A stretch of 64,000 nt of DNA, taken from the NCBI GenBank assembly GCA_963827235.1, contig CAWHAE010000012.1, forward strand, positions 1,280,001 to 1,344,000, in the 5' to 3' direction. This document shows positions 47,411 through 56,652 of this stretch, in pieces. The notes beneath the pieces were generated by a model that saw only the letters and a list, made by a program, of their open reading frames with translations, did not search any database and had not been told where the DNA came from. Within the stretch, counting starts at the first letter, position 1; each line of letters begins with the position of its first letter. A program made the translations under genes and the position numbers. Source of the DNA: an uncultured bacterium. Lineage in GTDB: Bacteria > Chloroflexota > UBA5177 > JANWHV01.

Positions 47411-48286
47411 GTGCGAGAGAAGCGCTTGAGGCTGACGCTGGCGCAGCGACGTTCGTTATTCGGCTTTCTATTCGTCCTGCCCGGCATCGTGCCGCTGCTG
47501 ATCTTCGTCATCTACCCGATGGGCAGCGCGCTCTATCTGAGCTTCACCAACTGGCAACTCATGGGCACGCCTCAACTGCAGGGTGTTTCCAACTATACGG
47601 AGCTATGGTCGGATCTGCAGTTCCGTTCTGCACTCACCGTGACGCTCGAGTTTGCCCTCGGCACCGCCATCCCGTGCTGCGTGCTGTCGACCGCCGTCGC
47701 CGTTTTGCTCAACGCGCGAGTGCGCTTCACCGCCTGGTATCAGCCCCTGTTCTTTCTGCCTGCCGTCTTGCCGACGGTCGTGACCAGCCTGGTATGGGGC
47801 ATCCTGTACCAGGGCAACGGCGTGATCAACAACATCTTCGGCCTGAACATCGGCTGGCTCATCGACCAGAGCTGGGCCCTGCCGGCCCTGATGATCATGT
47901 TGATCTGGACCAACCTCGGCTACTACGCCGTGATCATGCTGGCAGGCATCCGCGAGATTCCCGAGGACTATTACGAGGCGGCGCGGCTCGACGGCGCCGG
48001 CACGCCTGCCTTGCTGTTCCACATCACCCTGCCGCTGGTGCGGCCCACGCTGCTCTTTGTAGTGGTCATCGCGACATCCAACGCCCTGACCCTGTTTATC
48101 CAACCTTATCTGTTGACACAGGGCGGCCCGGGCGATGCCACGCGCACGCTCTCCGAGCTGATCTACGACACGGCTTTCAGCTTCCTCAACATCGGCAAGG
48201 CATCGGCAATGTCGTTCATTTTGTTGGCTATCTCGCTGATCCTGGCCTTCATTCAGTTCAGCATGCTGCGGTCTGGAGACGCCTGA
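47411..48286 (+). CDS. Carbohydrate ABC transporter permease 1
   Basis: EAA loop IPEDYYEAARLDGAG; LYLSFTNW; LTQGGPG. Confidence 0.94.
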   Translation: MREKRLRLTLAQRRSLFGFLFVLPGIVPLLIFVIYPMGSALYLSFTNWQLMGTPQLQGVSNYTELWSDLQFRSALTVTLEFALGTAIPCCVLSTAVAVLLNARVRFTAWYQPLFFLPAVLPTVVTSLVWGILYQGNGVINNIFGLNIGWLIDQSWALPALMIMLIWTNLGYYAVIMLAGIREIPEDYYEAARLDGAGTPALLFHITLPLVRPTLLFVVVIATSNALTLFIQPYLLTQGGPGDATRTLSELIYDTAFSFLNIGKASAMSFILLAISLILAFIQFSMLRSGDA

Positions 48287-48287
48287 G

Positions 48288-49133
48288 ATGAATACGAGGG
48301 ACGCCTATAAGCGGCCGAGCCTGTTGCGGTCGGCGTTCATCCACCTGACGCTCGCGGCGCTCGGACTCGTAGTAGCCATCCCACTCTACTGGACGGTGAT
48401 TTCCTCGATCACCACGAATACCGCCATTTTCGCTACGCCGGTGCAATGGATCCCGCCGGCGCTGCACTGGGAGAACTATCCGCAGGCCATAAACGCGGCG
48501 CCCTTTGGGCGGTACTTCTTCAACAGCTTCGTGGTCGGCGTGTCCGTGACCTTCACCACGCTGGTCTCCTCGGCCCTGGCCGGATACGGGTTCGCGAAGT
48601 TCAGGTTCCCCGGCAAGCGGATTCTGTTCGTGGTCGTTCTCATCGCGCTGATGGTGCCGTTCCAGGCGATCATGATTCCGCTCTTCGTGCTGACGCGCCA
48701 GCTGGGCTGGCTCAACTCGTATGCCGGGCTGATCGTGCCCGGTGCCGTCAGCGGGTTCGGCATCTTTCTCATGCGGCAGTTCATGCTCAAGGTGCCGGAT
48801 GCCCTGCTGGAGGCGGCAACGCTCGACGGCTGCGGGGAGATCAGCCTGTTTGTGCGCATCGTGCTCCCGCTGTCGCGCTCGGCCCTGGCGGCCCTTGCCG
48901 TGCTCACCTTCCTGGCGAGCTGGAACAACTTCCTCTGGCCGCTGATCGTGGCCCAGAATCCCGACGTCATGACCGTGCCCCTGGGCATCGTGCAGTTCCG
49001 CGGCTCCTATTTCACTAACTACACGCAGATCCTGGCAGTGTCGATCCTGGCCGCCGCCCCGGTAATCGTGCTCTATCTGCTCATGCAGCGCCAGATCATT
49101 GCGACGTTCGCTTCGAGCGGCCTCAAAGGGTAA
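48288..49133 (+). CDS. Carbohydrate ABC transporter permease 2
   Basis: LAGYGFAKFRFPG, VPDALLEAATLDGCG, WNNFLWPLI. Confidence 0.94.
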   Translation: MNTRDAYKRPSLLRSAFIHLTLAALGLVVAIPLYWTVISSITTNTAIFATPVQWIPPALHWENYPQAINAAPFGRYFFNSFVVGVSVTFTTLVSSALAGYGFAKFRFPGKRILFVVVLIALMVPFQAIMIPLFVLTRQLGWLNSYAGLIVPGAVSGFGIFLMRQFMLKVPDALLEAATLDGCGEISLFVRIVLPLSRSALAALAVLTFLASWNNFLWPLIVAQNPDVMTVPLGIVQFRGSYFTNYTQILAVSILAAAPVIVLYLLMQRQIIATFASSGLKG

Positions 49134-49143
49134 GGAGAGTCTC

Positions 49144-49845
49144 ATGCCATCAGTCAAGCGCATCCTGGCCATAGGCGGTCACGCGGCAGACATGGAGTTC
49201 AGCGCCGGTGCAGCGATTGCCAAATACACCGCCGCGGGGGCTCAGGCGGTCTTGCTGCACCTCACGGCCGGCGAAATGGGCCATCCCAGGCTCTCCGGCG
49301 AAGAGTACGCCAAGCAGAAGATCGACGAAGCGCACCGTGCCGCGAAGATCCTCGGCGGAGAGGCGCGCTTCCTTCCCTATCCCGACGCGGGGCTGCCCCG
49401 AAACGACGAAGTGGCCTACGCCATCATGGACGTGATTCGCGAGGTGCGCCCGGACGTGGTGATCACGCACTGGCGCGGCAGCTTCCATTCCGACCACAAT
49501 AACACCCATTACAACACGCTGCAGGCCCTATTCTACGCCGCCTTGCCCTCAATCAAGCGCGCGCATCCGGCCCACACTCCGTCTCAGTTGTTCTTCGCCG
49601 AGAACTGGGAAGACATGGACGACTACGTGCCCGACGTCTACCTGAACACCGAGGACGTGTACGATCGTTGGGTGCAGGCAGCCAACCAGTACGAGCTATT
49701 CAGCGGCTCCGTTTCCGGCTTCCGCTACCGCGACTACTACGAGGCGCTGGCCACCATGCGCGGCTGCCTGGCCGGCTACCGACGTGCCGTGACGCTCATG
49801 CGGCCGGCCGACGCGCGAATCAGCTACTGGAAGGAACTGCCCTAG
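49144..49845 (+). CDS. PIG-L/LmbE family deacetylase-like protein
   Basis: LAIGGHAADME, LTAGEMG, EAHRAAKILG, IREVRPDVVITHW...HSDH. Confidence 0.85.
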   Translation: MPSVKRILAIGGHAADMEFSAGAAIAKYTAAGAQAVLLHLTAGEMGHPRLSGEEYAKQKIDEAHRAAKILGGEARFLPYPDAGLPRNDEVAYAIMDVIREVRPDVVITHWRGSFHSDHNNTHYNTLQALFYAALPSIKRAHPAHTPSQLFFAENWEDMDDYVPDVYLNTEDVYDRWVQAANQYELFSGSVSGFRYRDYYEALATMRGCLAGYRRAVTLMRPADARISYWKELP

Positions 49846-51924
49846 ATGGCACGCGAGCATTCCCGGGTGCTGCCCGGAATCGACGTCTTGCTCGAGGACG
49901 ACGACGAGCAGCTTCGTAGCCGCTCGCTGGCCGTGCTCACGGGTTCGGGGGCTACAACGAGCGATCTGATCCCCACGATCTCCGCGCTGCGCGCCAGCAA
50001 GCGCTACCGGATTGTGGCGCTCTTCGGCGCCGAGCATGGCGTTACCGGCGCGGAACAGGCGGGCGTGCAGGTAGAGTCGAAGCGCGACCCGGAGACCGCG
50101 CTGCCGGTCTACAGCCTGTACGGCGAGCACCGGGAACCCACGGCCGAGATGCTCGACGGCGTCGACGTCCTGCTCATCGATTTCGTCGACGCCGGACTGC
50201 GCTACTACACCTATGCCGCCACGGTGCGCGCCGTTCTCCAGGCCGCGGCCCGCTTCGACATCCAGGTCGTGCTGCTCGACCGGCCGAACCCGCTCGACGG
50301 CGTCACTCTGGAGGGTCCCGTGACCGAGCCTGCCTCGATCAATTTCGTGAGCGCCGCGCAGGTGCCTATCCGCCACGGCCTTACCCTGGGCGAGCTGGCC
50401 CGCTGGATGAATGAGCGGGAGCATCTCGGCGCGCGGCTGCGAGTCATCCCCATGCACGGATGGCGGCGATCGTACTCGTTCGACGACACCGGGCTGCGCT
50501 GGACGCTACCGTCGCCCAACATCCCCACCGCGGATACGTGCCTGACCTATGCCGCTACTTGCCTGATGGAAGGCACCCCGGTCTCGGAAGGCAGGGGCAC
50601 CGCGCAGCCTTTCTCCGTGCTCGGAGCCCCCTGGATCGACGGCGGAGAGCTGGCCAACTATCTCAACGCGCGCGCTCTGCCCGGAGTGCGATTCCAGCCC
50701 ACCTGGTTTCTGCCGTCGACGAGCAAGCACGCCGGCCAGATGTGCGGCGGCGTGCAGCTTCACATCCACGCCAAGCAGGCATTCCCCGGCGTGCGCACGG
50801 GCCTGCACATTCTTGCCGGCCTGCGGCAGCTCTATCCACGTGAGATGTCCTGGACATGCGAGACGCCCGGCGACTACTATATCGACCGGTTGTTCGGTAC
50901 GCCGGTCCCCCGGCTGGCCCTGGAGCGCGGCGACTCCCCGGACAGCATCGTCACGTCGTGGCAGGCAGGACTCGACGCGTTCGCTGAGGAGCGCAAGGCC
51001 TACTTGCTCTACGAGCCTGCGGTGGGCCCCCGGCGCACCACCGGCGCCATCTCCCAGACCGAGGCAATCAACGCGCGTACGGCCGACCTGGATACGTTGA
51101 CCCCTCTGGAGATCCTCCGGCTGATCAGCGCGGAAGATGCCACCGTGCCCGGCGCGATAGCCCGCGAGCTGCCCGCCATAGCCGTCGCGGTCGAGCACGT
51201 GGTCGGCGCATTCCGTTTACAAGGCAGGCTGATCTACGCCGGCGCCGGCACAAGCGGGCGGTTGGGCGTGCTCGACGCAGCGGAATGCCCTCCGACCTAC
51301 GGCACCGATCCGTCGCAGGTGGTGGCGCTGATCGCCGGCGGTCCGGCCGCCGTGACCCGATCGGTGGAGCAGGCTGAAGACGACGAGAGTCACGGCGAAA
51401 ACGACGTCGAAGCGCTGCAGATCAGCGAGAGCGACGTGTTGGTCGGCATCGCCGCCAGCGGGCGCACGCCCTACGTGGTCGGCGCCATTCGCCGTGCCCG
51501 CAGCCGCGGCGCCTATACCGTAGCGCTGGTCGGCAACGCCGACGGCCCGGTAGCGGCTGCCGCGGACCTGGTCATCGCGCCGCAAACCGGTCCGGAAGTG
51601 GTAGCTGGATCGACGCGGATGAAGGCGGGCACCGCCCAGAAACTGATTCTCAACATGATCTCCACCACCTCCATGGTCTGCACCGGGCACACCTACGGGA
51701 ATCTGATGGTGAACATGCGGGCCAGCAACCGCAAGCTGCAGGCCCGCACGCACCGGATCGTCGCTCAAGCCACGGGCGCCAGCCTCGAGGAGGCCAGGCA
51801 GGCACTCGACGCATCGGGCGGCGAGATGAAGACTGCCATCGTCATGCTGCGGGCCGGCCTGGACGCGGCCGAAGCTCGCGTTCGGCTCGAGCGAGCCCAC
51901 GGCCAGGTGCGTGGCGCGGTGTAG
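49846..51924 (+). CDS. murQ: NamZ (DUF1343 exo-beta-N-acetylmuramidase) - MurQ (MurNAc-6-phosphate etherase) fusion
   Basis: N-half: FGAEHG, VYSLYG, LDRPNPL, RHGLTLGELA, PSPNIPT, SEGRGT, ending YLLY. C-half: GAGTSGRLGVLDAAECPPTYG, GIAASGRTPYV, GPEVVAGSTRMKAGTAQK. Confidence 0.92.
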   Translation: MAREHSRVLPGIDVLLEDDDEQLRSRSLAVLTGSGATTSDLIPTISALRASKRYRIVALFGAEHGVTGAEQAGVQVESKRDPETALPVYSLYGEHREPTAEMLDGVDVLLIDFVDAGLRYYTYAATVRAVLQAAARFDIQVVLLDRPNPLDGVTLEGPVTEPASINFVSAAQVPIRHGLTLGELARWMNEREHLGARLRVIPMHGWRRSYSFDDTGLRWTLPSPNIPTADTCLTYAATCLMEGTPVSEGRGTAQPFSVLGAPWIDGGELANYLNARALPGVRFQPTWFLPSTSKHAGQMCGGVQLHIHAKQAFPGVRTGLHILAGLRQLYPREMSWTCETPGDYYIDRLFGTPVPRLALERGDSPDSIVTSWQAGLDAFAEERKAYLLYEPAVGPRRTTGAISQTEAINARTADLDTLTPLEILRLISAEDATVPGAIARELPAIAVAVEHVVGAFRLQGRLIYAGAGTSGRLGVLDAAECPPTYGTDPSQVVALIAGGPAAVTRSVEQAEDDESHGENDVEALQISESDVLVGIAASGRTPYVVGAIRRARSRGAYTVALVGNADGPVAAAADLVIAPQTGPEVVAGSTRMKAGTAQKLILNMISTTSMVCTGHTYGNLMVNMRASNRKLQARTHRIVAQATGASLEEARQALDASGGEMKTAIVMLRAGLDAAEARVRLERAHGQVRGAV

Positions 51925-52169
51925 AGCGCCGGCCGCGTAACCGGCTCGTTCTCCGCGAAGCAGCCCACGTCGGCACGGCTGGCGAGTTCGCTCAAGAATG
52001 GCTTCCTCCCGGGACCACGGGTATCTTGCCTGCCCCGCTCGCCGGCCCCAGGAGCTCCGCCATACCCGCGGCCCTCTATGCCGCGGCGACGTCATGATCG
52101 GCCCGCCCCTTTGACCGCGGGCGTCTCGCCGTCTCGTGTCTCACACTTCCGCAAGCGGCCCGGACGGGG

Positions 52170-52385
52170 TCACACGCGCGGTTTGCGGTGGGGCAACACC
52201 AGGAACCACAAGATGGCGCCGATCACCACGATCACTGCGGCGGCGATCACCATGGTGAAGACGGCCTGCAGAAGGAAATACACGGCTGCTACCGCGATGA
52301 CGGTGACCGCGCCGCCGGCAACCGCTTCCCTGCCCGCACGCGTCACGCGGCTCTCGCCATCAGGCACGCGTATGAGATCGCTCAT
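52170..52385 (-). CDS. Small two-TM membrane protein
   Basis: GAGGAG RBS; two hydrophobic helices followed by a basic tail. Confidence 0.6.
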   Translation of the reverse strand: MSDLIRVPDGESRVTRAGREAVAGGAVTVIAVAAVYFLLQAVFTMVIAAAVIVVIGAILWFLVLPHRKPRV

Positions 52386-52646
52386 CTGTCTACTCTCCTC
52401 GACACCATCATATAGCCGCGCAGACCTCACCGCCTCAGTGACCGCTCAACCGCGATCCATCACATTCCACCAGACGCGGTCTCCGATAGCGCCGGGGCAC
52501 AGGCGAGGCGGGTCCAACGCCATCCAGTCGGACGGAATGCCGATCGCGACCGCCAACCGGACGCTGCAGCCGCTGTCCCGTCCATCAGCGACCCACCGCG
52601 GCCGAAGCCCGGCTGGACGTCACTCTCGTACAGGCCGCCATTCTCG

Positions 52647-55100
52647 TCAGTCTCCATGCGGCACCCAGATGTTCTTCACGTGCGTCGCCTCGCGGAGGAA
52701 CTCGCCGGCAGTGCCGGAGGTATCCAGCCAGTCGATCTCGTCGCCGGGCACAGCCCAGGTGCGTTTCAGATTCCCCGCCGACGCCAGCTCCACCTCTTTA
52801 ATGCCCTCCGCCGTGCCGAAATACCAGACCGACTGCACGTCGTCGTGCGCCGCAAGCACCGGAGCCAGCACGTCGCGCTTGCCGGTAACCACGTTCACCA
52901 CGCCGGCCGGCACGTCGGACGTCTCCAGCACCTGGTAGAAGTCGGTCGCGCTCAACGGGTAGACCTGCGACGGCACGATCACCAGCGTGTTCCCCACGGC
53001 GATCGCCGGCGCCATCAACGCCACGAAGCCCAGGAGCGGGTACTCGTCCGCACAGAGGGCTCCGATCACGCCGATCGGCTCCGGCACGGCAAGGGTCAGC
53101 CCGCGCATCGGCGTGTGCGCCACCCTGCCGTCGTACTTGTCTGCCCAGGCGCCGTAGGTGAACAGGCGCTCGATTGCCAGGTCGACCTCGGTCAGGGCCG
53201 ATATGCGCGCGAGCGGCTGCCCGATGCCGGCAGCCCCGTCCCGCAGGGTACAGCCGGTCATCGCCGAGATGCGGCGGCCGAACTCCAGTCTGCGCTCCGA
53301 GAGATTCTCCGCCAGGTAGTAGAGGATCTGCGCGCGGTTGTAGCTCGTAGTCAGGCTCCAAGCCGCTGCCTTCTGCGCCGCTTCCACCGCGTTGCGTATG
53401 TCCTTGCGATTGCCGTCGCCGGCCTCGCCAACCAGGGATCCACCCGGCGCGCGAATGAGCAGGCTGTAGCCGGAATCAGGGCGCGACTGCTTCCCCCCGA
53501 CATACAGCTTCGGCGTCCGATCGATCGGCGGGTAGCCGGCGCTCTCCGCATCGGCCGCTCCGTTGCCGGCCTCAGACTCTTCCCCGCCGGGCAAGTCCGC
53601 CGAGGCCGCGGGCACGGGGCGTTCGCGTGTAACGCTGCCGACGCGCTTTACGTACTCGTAGAGCCCCTCCTTGCCGCCTTCGCGGCCGAATCCGCTCTCA
53701 CGGTAGCCGCCGAAGCCGGAGGCGGCGTCGAGGAGGTTGGTGCAGTTCACCCATATGGTGCCGGCCTTGATGCGCCTGGCCACATCCAGAGACAGGTTGA
53801 CGTTCTCGCTCCACACGCTGGCCGCAAGCCCATACGGCGTGTTGTTGGCAAGCTCGACCGCTTCGCCGGCGCTGCGAAACGTCATCGCCACCAGCACCGG
53901 CCCGAAGATCTCAACCTGCGCGATCGTGGCCGCGGGTGTCACGTCGGTAAACAGCGTCGGCGGATAGAAGTAGCCGTCGGCCGGGCAGGACCAGGTCGGC
54001 TGCCACAGCGTGGCGCCTTCCGCGATTCCCTTCTCTACCAGGCTGCGCACCCGTTCCAGCTGCACGCGAGCGATGATGGCGCCGATATCCACCGCCTTAT
54101 CCAGCGGATCGCCCACGCGCAGTGTCTCCATTCGAGCCCGCAGCTTCTTCAGCAGCGTGCCGGCAATGTTCTCTTGCATGAGCAGCCGCGATCCGGCGCA
54201 GCACACCTGGCCCTGGTTGAACCAGATGGCATCCACGATGCCTTCCACGGCGCTGTCCAGGTCGGCGTCGTCGAATACCAGGAACGGAGACTTGCCACCC
54301 AGCTCCAGAGAAAGCCGCTTCCCGGTGCCAGCGGTCGCACGCCGGATGGCGCGGCCCACTTCGGTCGAGCCGGTGAACGCTATCTTGTCCACGTCCGGGT
54401 GATTCACGAGCGCCTCACCCGTGCGGCCGTCGCCGGTCACGATGTTGACCACGCCGGGCGGCAAGTTGACCGACTCCACGATCTCGGCAAAGAGCAGCGC
54501 CGTCAACGGTGTGAACTCGGCGGGCTTCAGCACGACCGTATTGCCCATTGCCAACGCGGGCGCGACCTTCCAGGCCAGCATGAGCAGCGGGAAGTTCCAG
54601 GGGATGATCTGCCCGGCCACGCCCACGCTCTCGTAGCCCTGGAGCTCTTCGTCCATGAGCTGAGCCCAGCCGGCATGGTAGGCGAAGTGCCGAGCTACCA
54701 GAGGAATGTCGATATCGCGTGTCTCGCGAATGCACTTACCGTTGTCGAGCGTCTCCAGCACGGCGAACAGTCTGCTGTGCTTCTGTACCCGGCGTGCAAG
54801 CGCATAGAGGTAGCGTGCACGCGCGTGCCCGGGCAGAGCTCGCCACTGCGGGAGAGCGGCGCGCGCTGCGCCGACCGCGGCGTCGACATCCTCGGGCGCC
54901 CCCTGGGCCACGCGGGCCAGGAATTTGCCTGTCGCCGGGTTGATCGAGTCAAAGTACTCACCAACCCGAGGCGCTACCCACGCGTTGCCGATGAAAAGGT
55001 CAAAGCGATTGTCGTGCTCCGCCAGCCAGGCCAGCGCCGGGCCGGCCACTTCAGGCGCCGGGCCGTAGGTCATCGTCTCGAATAGCTCCGCGACACTCAT
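52647..55100 (-). CDS. Extended aldehyde dehydrogenase (ALDH16-like, with second degenerate domain)
   Basis: IIPWNFP, FTGSTEVG, LELGGKSP, QVCCAG, EIFGPV, then a second Rossmann-like domain lacking the catalytic domain. Confidence 0.92.
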   Translation of the reverse strand: MSVAELFETMTYGPAPEVAGPALAWLAEHDNRFDLFIGNAWVAPRVGEYFDSINPATGKFLARVAQGAPEDVDAAVGAARAALPQWRALPGHARARYLYALARRVQKHSRLFAVLETLDNGKCIRETRDIDIPLVARHFAYHAGWAQLMDEELQGYESVGVAGQIIPWNFPLLMLAWKVAPALAMGNTVVLKPAEFTPLTALLFAEIVESVNLPPGVVNIVTGDGRTGEALVNHPDVDKIAFTGSTEVGRAIRRATAGTGKRLSLELGGKSPFLVFDDADLDSAVEGIVDAIWFNQGQVCCAGSRLLMQENIAGTLLKKLRARMETLRVGDPLDKAVDIGAIIARVQLERVRSLVEKGIAEGATLWQPTWSCPADGYFYPPTLFTDVTPAATIAQVEIFGPVLVAMTFRSAGEAVELANNTPYGLAASVWSENVNLSLDVARRIKAGTIWVNCTNLLDAASGFGGYRESGFGREGGKEGLYEYVKRVGSVTRERPVPAASADLPGGEESEAGNGAADAESAGYPPIDRTPKLYVGGKQSRPDSGYSLLIRAPGGSLVGEAGDGNRKDIRNAVEAAQKAAAWSLTTSYNRAQILYYLAENLSERRLEFGRRISAMTGCTLRDGAAGIGQPLARISALTEVDLAIERLFTYGAWADKYDGRVAHTPMRGLTLAVPEPIGVIGALCADEYPLLGFVALMAPAIAVGNTLVIVPSQVYPLSATDFYQVLETSDVPAGVVNVVTGKRDVLAPVLAAHDDVQSVWYFGTAEGIKEVELASAGNLKRTWAVPGDEIDWLDTSGTAGEFLREATHVKNIWVPHGD

Positions 55101-55111
55101 GGGCGCGGCCC

Positions 55112-56461
55112 TCACTTCCCATAGCCCGTCATACCTGCGAGCCGACCACGTGGATTGAGTCGAGGCTCTGCTGCACCTGTTCGTATTCTTGAGCCAGGTC
55201 CGGCGTGCGGGCGTTGACGCTGAGCTTCGCCCAAGCTCACGATCCCGGCCACAACGCTCATGCCGCTGCTATCGGACCGCACGCGTACCTCGCACTGCGC
55301 TTCCAGCGGCTGACCCGTCAGGCGAAGCACGGCATCGGCAATGCCGTACTGCTGGCCATCCACGGTGCGCACCTCATTGGTAATGGTACCGATCGGCGTA
55401 CCCAGCGTGCGCAAGAATGCCGAGACATAGCTCGGATTGGAGATATCGCCCGTCGTGGTCGCTCGGGAGCCGAGGATAATGGCCGTCTTGTCCGGCGACG
55501 CGATCTGATAGTTGCCGCCGGTGCCGTTGGTCACGGTCCAGGCGGATGGATAGACAATGCTATAGTCGGCTCCGGTCGGCGACGCGCTCGCCGTCGTATA
55601 TGCCTTGCCCAGCGCCTGTGCCGGGCCGGAGCGCGTGGAAAGCAGCTGCATGAGGGTCTCGATCGTCTCGTTCTGAGACAGCGCGTGCGTGCCATTGCCG
55701 TCGGTGACGGTGCCGCTGCTCGACACAGTCTGGCGCAGATGCTCGTTCAGGAAGACGCCACTTTCGACACCGATACCCCAGGTTCCGCTCTCGCTCACCT
55801 TGGTCGTCGTCACGTAGTGCTTACCCGCGCTCGTGGTCGACGACTTGCCGCTCGTCTGCATGGTCGTGGTCACCGTCGCCACGCGTCCGAACTGGCCGCT
55901 AGCGATCTTGCTCAAGGTGTTGACCAGGGTCACCGGCGAGGCGCCGCCGAACCAGGTATTGTCTATCGAGCTGTTCCACTTGCCGGAAAGCGCAACCGGC
56001 TTCAGCGACACCTGACCCACGTCGTTCAGCCCATAGGCGCCGCGGTACACGCAGTACTGGGTGCCGTCATTCTCCTGAATGCAGGCATTTGCCGGGCTGC
56101 TGAGCTTGTCCGCCGGAACGGTGGTGTGAGTCGTCTTGCCGTTATGAACGTCGGTCTCCTGGCCGGGGTTGAAGTCGATGGAGAGCGTCGCGTTACCGGC
56201 TGAGTCGACGCCGTGCACGACGTAGCGGGCCTCGTAGAGCACGGTGCTGGTCAGGGCATCTGCCGGCTGCCCGGCAATATTCGTCTTGATCGTCTCCACG
56301 GTCTTCATGGAGTAGGTGAGCACCTCGCCGGCCTTGAAGCGGTAGCGCAGCGTCACCGCGGCACTGGAATCGGCGCGGGCGGCGGGCAGAGACCCGCCTC
56401 CCAGGGCGAGCGCGCCGGCGATCATCAAGACAACTTTGTAGGAAACACCATAGCGAGCCAT
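55112..56461 (-). CDS. Exported two-domain hypothetical protein, probable frameshift near the 3' end
   Basis: Signal peptide ending PAARA; LRYRFKAGEVLTY domain; YSIVYPSAWTV PsbP-like domain; a better C-terminus exists in another frame ending at 55129. Confidence 0.65.
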   Translation of the reverse strand: MARYGVSYKVVLMIAGALALGGGSLPAARADSSAAVTLRYRFKAGEVLTYSMKTVETIKTNIAGQPADALTSTVLYEARYVVHGVDSAGNATLSIDFNPGQETDVHNGKTTHTTVPADKLSSPANACIQENDGTQYCVYRGAYGLNDVGQVSLKPVALSGKWNSSIDNTWFGGASPVTLVNTLSKIASGQFGRVATVTTTMQTSGKSSTTSAGKHYVTTTKVSESGTWGIGVESGVFLNEHLRQTVSSSGTVTDGNGTHALSQNETIETLMQLLSTRSGPAQALGKAYTTASASPTGADYSIVYPSAWTVTNGTGGNYQIASPDKTAIILGSRATTTGDISNPSYVSAFLRTLGTPIGTITNEVRTVDGQQYGIADAVLRLTGQPLEAQCEVRVRSDSSGMSVVAGIVSLGEAQRQRPHAGPGSRIRTGAAEPRLNPRGRLAGMTGYGK

Positions 56462-56566
56462 CCATGCCTCCAAGTGCAGTCTTTTCTCCGTGCGGCACCA
56501 TGGTATCTGGTTTTCGACTTGCGGGGTATGCCGCGGGCCCCTGGCGCGAGAGCCCGGTAGAGGGGC

Positions 56567-56593
56567 TCAAGATCCGGCCAAATGTGCCGATTG
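56567..56593 (+). promoter_or_regulatory. Sigma28 (FliA/SigD)-type promoter
   Basis: TCAA-N15-GCCGATTG versus consensus TAAA-N15-GCCGATAA, directly upstream of the yjfB-like gene. Confidence 0.65.
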
Positions 56594-56652
56594 GTATGGA
56601 AGGGCGGCAGCACGCTGGCCGCCGCATGGAATCGGAAAGTCGAGAGGCGCTC

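Noticed and set aside
52460-52657. 65-aa ORF overlapping the ALDH stop codon
   Set aside because: No motif or RBS support; composition not convincing.
52656-55085. 809-aa plus-strand ORF
   Set aside because: Antisense shadow of the aldehyde dehydrogenase.
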